From Tubiluchus corallicola (Eukaryota > Animalia > Priapulida): a DNA stretch of 64,000 nucleotides. The stretch is taken from NCBI GenBank assembly GCA_030141605.1, contig JAQGDQ010002376.1:106422-170421 (forward strand), written 5' to 3'. Position numbers and translations under genes: made by a program. The notes beneath the pieces were generated by a model. That model made no database searches. It had not been told where the DNA came from and was given only the letters and a program-made list of their open reading frames with translations. Shown one piece after another: positions 61,301-64,000 of the stretch; within the stretch, counting starts at the first letter, position 1, and every line of letters begins with the position of its first letter.

Positions 61301-63798
61301 TCTCTGGAGCTATAGCGGAGAAACCACATTGTTTTAAATTGCCTAAGGTGAAAACAGCTAAAGATTCTAGTTAGTTTAAAGTGCTTCGATGTTTATAAAG
61401 AATTACAGTTATGCGCTGTGTTGATGCACTGTATATAAGTTTAATATGAGATAAAATGAGAATAATGCTAAAAAATAAAAAAAGCGAAAGTGTAGACTTT
61501 TTAGCACACTAAAAACAAACACTGAGCTCTCACTAATTAACAAAAAATGATTATTTTAAATTGCAAACTGTGTAGACTGTTACTGTCTTCCATATAATAA
61601 TGAAAATCAGAAACTTGTAAACAATTTTTATTTATTAAAAAATTAAAAGGGTGAACTCTGCTACCAGGAGAAAAAATGAGTTCACATTGCCTGCTTATAC
61701 AGTGTAAATAAATTATACTGGTTTAAATTGGTATACACACTGTTACTTTATAACGATGTGAAGCAACATCGTCATTTCTCACAGTCATGCATTAACAGTG
61801 TATCGTGAAAAAATTACGCATATTTAATTTTGATGTGATCATGGTATGTACACACTTAGCGTTCATTTACGTCGATGCCCCATTATCACGATGATTTCAT
61901 AAAGTGGCAGTGTGTATGCTGCATAAGGGTGCGAACACAATGAAAGCTTGTAAAATCACACTTATATTATAAGCACTTGTAAACAGCAGAGAAAAAACTA
62001 GTGTGAGAACCCTCAATAGAGGTACAAATCCATGCATTCTCATAAAGTCACCATGGGGAAAATTTATTATTGACCATGTGACCTCGACTTTTGACATTTA
62101 GAGCAAAATATAGTGGGTTTCCAGGTCCTTCCAAGAGCTACACTATATCAAATTTAATGAACAGGCCTATAACTTTGTCCATGTATCCTGTTACACAGAT
62201 AAATAGACACAGGCGAGCAAATGCCTTACTTTTTTAGCCTGCCTATACTTTGATGTTATCCCAGAAACGTGAAATTAGGGAGTACTAGTATTAATTTTTT
62301 TCAGCTAAAGCATGTGGAGAAAAAATAGATGAGAAGCCCTTAGCAATTTCCAGCTGCATAAAATTTTTTCTTTTTGTACCTGCAGACAGAATTTGTTTGA
62401 TATGTTTCTATATATCAGTTGTTCAAAAACCAATTGTTTCTTCAGTATTTGTGTAAAAGGAAGAAAATGGCTGCCAACCGTACGATTATATTATTTACCA
62501 GCATGCTTAAAGTGCGAAAAAATCGTACATTCTTATAATATTATAAGCTCGGGAAGCAAGCTCTCATAGACTAGCATGGGTGTCTGTCATGTGTGGTTGT
62601 ATGTATTGTCATAGAACATTCTGGTAGCTTGCTTGCATTTATCAGTGCAGGTAGTATGAGCACCGAAAACCAGCATTCGTTGTGCCCGTGCCCTAAGTAC
62701 GGAAACAAAGTCACTGAAGTCACTAAGCCTGTGAAACAATTGGACAAAGTCGGGTAGTAGGATTTCTTGCCTCATTTTAAAGTGTGAGCATGGCTAAAAC
62801 ATCACAAGTTTTCCCTTTCAGCTTTGAAAAGTCTGTTCCCTGAATGCCATTATAATTTTTTTATTACAGCTACTACTAATGAGCTGTCCTGGTGCATTGA
62901 TTGCTGAGGTGTGCTGTAATACATCTGAATCTTCGATTACTTTCAGAACTTGATGTTTCCATCAAAAGGCACAGTTTTTGATCACAGGTTTAACACTGCT
63001 AGCGGAAATTGGGTACCATGGACAAACATCCAGGATTTTACAGCCAATAGCATACCTGCCAATGCTAAAGTATGTATTGTTTGGTTTAAACAATGACAGT
63101 TCCATGAACCTTTCGTTCGTTGAAACAAGTGATTTGGATTAACTTTGTTTAATTTAATTTAAGTGAGTCAAAAAGACTGATGCTTTGCTCTGTGTAAAAA
63201 ACAATTTGTTTATGAAACTTTAAAATGCTGAACAGTTAGGAATTACGGAACAGTTATGGATGAATAAATGGACAGATAGAAAGAAGAATTATTGTTTGGC
63301 GTAATGCTATACATATACAACATACATATCAAGTGTAAATAATACAATGTAAAGACCACTCAAAGTAAATGCATAATTCATAAGTCAACTTCAGTGTGAT
63401 TCCTGTGTGTGACACGGGCCTTTTACTGAGTGTTGCAAAAAATAACTGAGTTGTCGACTGTGGTCTATTTGGACGTTTTTGTATTATGCGTGATTAGTGT
63501 GACCTTTTCATATGAGTCCCTGTGAGTGACAGGAAAGTAAGAAGGGCAGCCTAAAGAAGGCTCACCAAGTCAAGTTTGCACCAGCACATTTTGATCATTA
63601 TAGCAGGTGTGAGTTATCAGAGTCTGCTTTTTTACAGGTAAGTGAACTGATTATTCCTACTGATGATACATCACGACAGGTGTTTTTTCTTAACACCTAC
63701 CTACTGAATAGCAATGTGCCTTTGCTATTTCTGGGTCCAACAGGAACTGGTAAATCGGCTACAGTTAACAATTTTCTTGTGACTTTGCCGAAAGAAAA
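5932..63798 (+). CDS. DNAH3: axonemal inner-arm dynein heavy chain, DNAH3-like (42 exons in window, 3' end outside window)
   Basis: Exons join in frame and give DNAH3-type N-terminal motifs ([29 protein letters not shown]), linker [17 protein letters not shown]-loop 1 GPAGTGKT, Walker B CFDEFNR, P-loop 2 GETMGGKT and P-loop 3 GPTGTGKS. Exons 4-42 are well supported; exons 1-3 are tentative. Confidence 0.92.
6230..6515 (+). mobile_element. LINE RT N-terminal fragment, interrupted by the hAT insertion (continues about 12851-12930)
   Basis: [18 protein letters not shown] and LLKEMSVQ continue after the insertion as [19 protein letters not shown], resembling the pre-RT region of APE-type LINEs. 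Confidence 0.45.
7328..7538 (-). repeat. 3' LTR of Gypsy element (211 bp)
   Basis: tgtaacgtcttggc...atgtcaca, near-identical to 11821-12035. The polypurine tract aaaaggaagagga is directly adjacent on the minus strand (7539-7551). Confidence 0.97.
7653..7994 (-). pseudogene. Gypsy pol C-terminal tail, in frame after a premature TAG
   Basis: [19 protein letters not shown]...RRNRVHL...[18 protein letters not shown], the usual integrase C-terminus of this clade. Confidence 0.85.
7995..10634 (-). CDS. pol: Gypsy pol (C-terminal part of protease, RT, RNase H, integrase)
   Basis: 879-aa ORF: [21 protein letters not shown] (RT), [11 protein letters not shown] / YAQLEKEML / TDHKPL (RNase H), HACH...CEIC zinc finger, GSD...SDN...NGKVE (integrase). 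Confidence 0.93.
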   Translation of the reverse strand: MLEMWNITKISPIGQVRLPIVNPVNKKSYSVNFLVVNENYVPLLGSRASQQMKLITVNENNFKRVESANVANMLCSDSSTRPTAHVSDVCSVADCNALLTEFSDIFSEVPGEFPGCVSLKIDPTVPPVVQPCRRFPYNMRDKFKAELDRLEQNNITERADHPTDWVNAYTTATKRSGSIRICLDPKPLNNAIRREIYHIPTMEELTPRLCNAKLFSTFKVTSGFHHMKLEEKTKDLTTFDTPFGRYRYTRAPFGISAWPEIFQKKMDEQIQGLKGKEDFHDDVLIYGCGATITEAGVDHNNKLRAFFERCRERNIKLNPDKSQIQRSEVRYHGHILSANGIKADPDKVAAVQNMPAPIDKTGVRRLCGFVNYLAKFLPMLSEVFKPISNVMSDKTEFRWNFEQQEVFAQVKKLITTSPVLRYYNPDEKLTLQCDSSQSGLGACLMQNGQPIAFASRTLTATEQNYAQLEKEMLSLIFGIQKFDHCCYARKVKLETDHKPLESILKKSILSAPKRIQCMMLVLQNYDVEVVYRKGATMLMADTLSRASLPETDDIALEFETVRALEYVPATFKDEKLELLKVATVKALQSMIRSGWPCKVSEVQPDLRQYFNNRDELAINEGLIFKGERIVYPSSERLSFIRLVHACHMGIQGCLRRAGEVVFWPRMNADFESYIQKCEICNAYPRSQQKEELIPQIATRPWQIVGSDLCEVNNTDYLITADYYSNFFEIDKLESKEPRTVITKLKAHFSRHGIPEMLRSDNVPFDSQEFKTFAKIYGFQHESSSPRYPKSNGKVENAVNTAKRLMKKALVAKEDPYLSLLAYRNTPAEVLNASPAQRLFGRRTRTTLPMPSSLLEPKFVPNTREKIIAQKDRQATYYNQ
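10640..11710 (-). CDS. gag: Gypsy gag plus N-terminal half of protease
   Basis: 356-aa ORF with a double zinc knuckle CHFCGRKH...[30 protein letters not shown] and protease-like FQIDCGAS. Confidence 0.92.
   Translation of the reverse strand: MADGEGHIQVTSPYSVLPAPPRLDLHGNLAVKWRKFRRMWDNYEVALKLNEANYAVRTATLLTVLGPECVEIFDGLEFENEADKTNVAMVLQKFEAFCVGETNETYKRYCFNKRDQNPRETIDAYVSSLRTLAKRCNYGNLTDSLIRDRIVLGITDNITRKRLLQESKLTLSSCITICRSFAESASQLKNIKAEQASYSEQVQAVKPKTNKGSASKATGTKKKVIDCHFCGRKHEWDKNKCPAYGKTCNICHGKNHFQSMCKSRGRTDTRAKSFPSRRSQIVFDMANCEEQSNEHAIGTVTHTVHDAEQCTTQQPQIYSEWLMAGTPTIFQIDCGASINIIPERLVPHHLCDKLLL
11806..11820 (-). other. primer binding site of Gypsy element, tRNA-iMet-like
   Basis: Minus strand TGGTAGTACGGATGG directly after the 5' LTR, compared with the iMet complement TGGTAGCAGAGGATGG. 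Confidence 0.7.
11821..12035 (-). repeat. 5' LTR of Gypsy element (215 bp)
   Basis: Matches 7328-7538 with about 5 substitutions and a short indel region. Confidence 0.97.
12974..13003. repeat. (GA)n microsatellite
   Basis: gagagagatagagagagag... Confidence 0.9.
13098..13197 (+). CDS. DNAH3: dynein exon 2 (putative)
   Basis: [33 protein letters not shown] resembles the PELPPLP segment of the DNAH3 N-terminus; AG/GT bounded. Confidence 0.6.
14239..14264 (+). CDS. DNAH3: dynein exon 3, 26-nt microexon (putative)
   Basis: tttttag|...|gtaagt; converts phase 1 to phase 0 as needed between exons 2 and 4. Confidence 0.5.
14896..15167 (+). CDS. DNAH3: dynein exon 4 (GC donor)
   Basis: [40 protein letters not shown]. 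Confidence 0.85.
15320..15507 (+). mobile_element. TIR-bounded mini-element with TTAGGG-like core, copy 1
   Basis: tttacaattcctcac...ggggaattgtaaactcc termini around degenerate ttaggg repeats. Confidence 0.75.
16000..16120 (+). CDS. DNAH3: dynein exon 5
   Basis: [23 protein letters not shown]...TDFE. Confidence 0.85.
16426..16615 (+). CDS. DNAH3: dynein exon 6
   Basis: [14 protein letters not shown]...YKFSVKKAI. Confidence 0.88.
17037..17112 (+). CDS. DNAH3: dynein exon 7
   Basis: [26 protein letters not shown]. Confidence 0.9.
18171..18290 (+). CDS. DNAH3: dynein exon 8
   Basis: [14 protein letters not shown]...LFNEK. Confidence 0.9.
19194..19319 (+). CDS. DNAH3: dynein exon 9
   Basis: [24 protein letters not shown]. 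Confidence 0.88.
19554..19566 (+). pseudogene. 5' stub (acceptor strand plus start of A box) of a tRNA-like sequence split by the Dada-like insertion
   Basis: TGACTGG-TAGCAT; GACTGG pairs, with two G-U wobbles, with CTGGTC at the 3' end of the 26133-26197 segment. Confidence 0.55.
20069..21942 (-). mobile_element. internally deleted Ty1/Copia element (GalEa-like), nested in the Dada-like element
   Basis: LTRs 20069-20195 and 21823-21942 (TG...CA), 4-bp TSD TAAC, PBS TGGCAGCAGAG (Met-type). Fragments: gag [11 protein letters not shown], protease [24 protein letters not shown] / MDIKTAF, RNase [12 protein letters not shown]. Confidence 0.88.
20515..20608. repeat. perfect 47-bp tandem duplication in the Copia RNase H tail
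   Basis: gtggaggcaccatgcttagttaagcaatcagctagtaatccttttct twice. Confidence 0.92.
22240..22310 (-). mobile_element. second, LTR-less fragment of the same Copia gag start
   Basis: gtgtgtcttatgcatcct...gatttttgtagtttcccgcc...ttaaaaatttat aligns with 21702-21770. Confidence 0.6.
26133..26197 (+). pseudogene. 3' portion (tRNA positions 8-72) of a tRNA-derived sequence or SINE head
   Basis: A box TAGCGCACCTGG, T-loop/B box GGTTCAAATCC and acceptor 3' strand CTGGTCCA, followed by caattttt. The 7 nt upstream (acatcct) cannot form the acceptor stem. The anticodon arm is degenerate. Confidence 0.65.
26621..27150 (+). mobile_element. hAT-like MITE (TAG..TGAGCATT termini, TTCGAA-rich), copy A
   Basis: taggaggtgagcatt...aatgctcatctcta; aligns with the reverse complement of 29166-29555. 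Confidence 0.75.
26861..26996 (+). mobile_element. TTAGGG-core mini-element, copy 2, nested in MITE copy A
   Basis: ggggtttacaattccccaca...tgtggggaattttaaactcc; absent from MITE copy B. Confidence 0.8.
27614..27809 (+). CDS. DNAH3: dynein exon 10
   Basis: [11 protein letters not shown]...LMSIQLR. Confidence 0.92.
28596..28775 (+). CDS. DNAH3: dynein exon 11
   Basis: [12 protein letters not shown]...EHLPR. Confidence 0.92.
29012..29151 (+). CDS. DNAH3: dynein exon 12
   Basis: [10 protein letters not shown]...RNRHGPK. Confidence 0.92.
29166..29555 (-). mobile_element. hAT-like MITE, copy B (inverted relative to copy A)
   Basis: ttctggtagagaatgctcacc (29532-29552) is the exact reverse complement of 26626-26646; internal blocks also align. 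Confidence 0.75.
30000..32300 (+). mobile_element. decayed A-rich non-LTR retrotransposon ORF2 (RT and C-terminal zinc-knuckle region)
   Basis: Fragments [16 protein letters not shown] (YxDD equivalent), [24 protein letters not shown] and LCPKCK, with many stops and frameshifts. Confidence 0.82.
33853..33958 (+). CDS. DNAH3: dynein exon 13 (GC donor)
   Basis: [24 protein letters not shown]...FRQ|gcgagt. Confidence 0.88.
34129..34522. repeat. near-perfect 195-bp tandem duplication, each unit containing a CCCTAA-core mini-element (copies 3 and 4: 34150-34306, 34345-34507)
   Basis: Units start at 34129 and 34324 and differ by one substitution and one extra aaccct. Confidence 0.93.
34549..34727 (+). 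CDS. DNAH3: dynein exon 14
   Basis: [12 protein letters not shown]...[10 protein letters not shown]. Confidence 0.9.
35348..35441 (+). CDS. DNAH3: dynein exon 15
   Basis: [31 protein letters not shown]. Confidence 0.9.
35959..36495 (+). mobile_element. Tc1/pogo-type MITE, diverged copy
   Basis: ta|cagta...aatagactc start and aagcggcacctacta end; shares blocks with 37113-38057 (inverted) and 55924-56911. Confidence 0.6.
37113..38057 (-). mobile_element. Tc1/pogo-type MITE, inverted relative to 55924-56911
   Basis: ctgtaggcgccgcttaatagtctca terminus; 37200-37470 aligns with the reverse complement of 56540-56830. Confidence 0.75.
39032..39122 (+). CDS. DNAH3: dynein exon 16
   Basis: [30 protein letters not shown]. 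Confidence 0.9.
39610..39800 (+). CDS. DNAH3: dynein exon 17
   Basis: [17 protein letters not shown]...RRDQAE. Confidence 0.92.
39830..40262 (+). mobile_element. 3' fragment of a non-LTR retrotransposon
   Basis: [20 protein letters not shown]...DEKHFIFDC resembles a LINE ORF2 C-terminal Cys/His motif; followed by a TA-rich tail. Confidence 0.6.
40263..40385. repeat. compound (TA)n/(TATG)n microsatellite
   Basis: Direct reading. Confidence 0.92.
40737..40968 (+). CDS. DNAH3: dynein exon 18
   Basis: [13 protein letters not shown]...INNEETLL...PYEQLWKTA. Confidence 0.93.
41635..41820 (+). CDS. DNAH3: dynein exon 19
   Basis: [10 protein letters not shown]...[11 protein letters not shown]...CNP. 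Confidence 0.93.
42102..42235 (+). repeat. 134-bp direct repeat, copy 1
   Basis: About 95% identical by eye to 44013-44147. Confidence 0.9.
42826..42938 (+). repeat. diverged uninterrupted copy of the tRNA-derived element targeted at 19554/26133
   Basis: attgacaggta...tttctgggttttagtcctggctgactcacaatttttaattgcttccttcttcagttcattatacttatc aligns with the joined 19552-19560 + 26133-26238. Confidence 0.5.
43259..43376 (+). CDS. DNAH3: dynein exon 20
   Basis: [15 protein letters not shown]. Confidence 0.93.
43676..43790 (+). CDS. DNAH3: dynein exon 21
   Basis: [25 protein letters not shown]...PYRDT. Confidence 0.94.
44013..44147 (+). repeat. 134-bp direct repeat, copy 2
   Basis: Matches 42102-42235. 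Confidence 0.9.
45318..45488 (+). CDS. DNAH3: dynein exon 22
   Basis: [28 protein letters not shown]. Confidence 0.95.
46307..46432 (+). CDS. DNAH3: dynein exon 23
   Basis: [25 protein letters not shown]. Confidence 0.95.
46982..47544. mobile_element. hAT-like MITE
   Basis: TIRs taggcctgtaatgatacatc / gatgtatcattacagcccta; no clean TSD. Confidence 0.7.
47741..47877 (+). CDS. DNAH3: dynein exon 24
   Basis: [18 protein letters not shown]. Confidence 0.95.
49296..49497 (+). CDS. DNAH3: dynein exon 25
   Basis: [33 protein letters not shown]. Confidence 0.96.
50076..50135 (+). CDS. DNAH3: dynein exon 26
   Basis: [20 protein letters not shown]. Confidence 0.93.
50881..51027 (+). CDS. DNAH3: dynein exon 27
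   Basis: [15 protein letters not shown]. Confidence 0.94.
51496..51610 (+). CDS. DNAH3: dynein exon 28
   Basis: [23 protein letters not shown]. Confidence 0.95.
52154..52352 (+). CDS. DNAH3: dynein exon 29
   Basis: ARDVV...[22 protein letters not shown]. Confidence 0.96.
52574..52840. repeat. 20-bp minisatellite, about 13 units
   Basis: (gttgaaaagtagcagtgtac)n with a/g and t/c variants. Confidence 0.95.
52849..52957 (+). CDS. DNAH3: dynein exon 30 (AAA1 Walker A)
   Basis: [26 protein letters not shown]. Confidence 0.97.
53115..53313 (+). CDS. DNAH3: dynein exon 31 (AAA1 Walker B)
   Basis: [11 protein letters not shown]...[10 protein letters not shown]. Confidence 0.97.
53539..53630 (+). 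CDS. DNAH3: dynein exon 32
   Basis: [20 protein letters not shown]. Confidence 0.96.
53895..53969. repeat. perfect 25-bp tandem repeat x3
   Basis: tgtcagacaaatgtttattttccca three times. Confidence 0.95.
53992..54083 (+). CDS. DNAH3: dynein exon 33
   Basis: [26 protein letters not shown]. Confidence 0.96.
54339..54540 (+). CDS. DNAH3: dynein exon 34
   Basis: [27 protein letters not shown]. Confidence 0.96.
54821..54973 (+). CDS. DNAH3: dynein exon 35
   Basis: [15 protein letters not shown]...WFVTKIIQ. Confidence 0.94.
55369..55621 (+). CDS. DNAH3: dynein exon 36 (AAA2 P-loop)
   Basis: [16 protein letters not shown]...[13 protein letters not shown]. Confidence 0.96.
55924..56911 (+). mobile_element. 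complete Tc1/pogo-type MITE (988 bp) inserted in a (TA)n run
   Basis: 25-bp TIRs cagtagtcaccgcttaatagactca / tgagtctattaagcagcgactactg, TA on both flanks, no transposase ORF. Confidence 0.88.
57779..57909 (+). CDS. DNAH3: dynein exon 37
   Basis: [26 protein letters not shown]. Confidence 0.96.
59043..59174 (+). CDS. DNAH3: dynein exon 38
   Basis: LCLMSGEII...[20 protein letters not shown]. Confidence 0.96.
59925..60194 (+). CDS. DNAH3: dynein exon 39
   Basis: [10 protein letters not shown]...[10 protein letters not shown]. Confidence 0.93.
60717..61098. mobile_element. foldback/palindromic non-autonomous DNA element
   Basis: Left arm (ccaggtggca...aatgttgtgacaatattt...aaatgtggactt) mirrors the right arm (aagtccacattt...aaatattgtgagaacatt...tactacttg); built from ACAATATT/TTGTCACAA units. 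Confidence 0.75.
61192..61347 (+). CDS. DNAH3: dynein exon 40
   Basis: [26 protein letters not shown]. Confidence 0.93.
62947..63069 (+). CDS. DNAH3: dynein exon 41
   Basis: [13 protein letters not shown]...WVPW...IPANAK. Confidence 0.92.
63638..63798 (+). CDS. DNAH3: dynein exon 42 (AAA3 P-loop)
   Basis: VSELIIPT...[13 protein letters not shown]. Confidence 0.95.
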
Positions 63799-64000
63799 GT
63801 AAGTAGCATTTTAGTTACATCAAATGCTTTTACTAACTTCGCAGACAAGAGCAATTTTTATGTTCATACTGAATAAAGTCCATGCCGGATTAAGGCATAG
63901 GCTTTATGGGCTGCAGCCCATGGGCCTCCAGACATTAAGTGAAATTAATTTACAGTGAAAAGTTATTTAGTACTATTCGTAGTATATTTTATCATATAGG

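Overview
AT-rich animal (invertebrate-like) genomic DNA. Positions 600-2672 (+) hold the last three coding exons of a probable GH31 alpha-glucosidase. From about 5.9 kb to beyond the window end runs a + strand axonemal inner-arm dynein heavy chain (DNAH3-like). I traced 42 phase-consistent exons covering the tail, linker, AAA1, AAA2 and the start of AAA3, with two GC-AG introns. Exons 1-3 are tentative. The introns are packed with mobile DNA. Intron 1 holds a three-layer nest: a LINE fragment, interrupted by a decayed hAT, interrupted by a full-length Mag-type Ty3/Gypsy (7328-12035, 5-bp TSD). Intron 9 holds a decayed Dada-like DDE transposon (19567-26132) inserted in the A box of a tRNA-like sequence, which re-forms a 72-nt tRNA layout when the insert is removed; a GalEa-type Copia is nested inside it. 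Other introns carry LINE remnants, pogo/hAT/foldback MITEs, a TTAGGG-containing mini-element and tandem arrays next to splice acceptors. All family assignments come from motif recognition by eye; no database searches were run.
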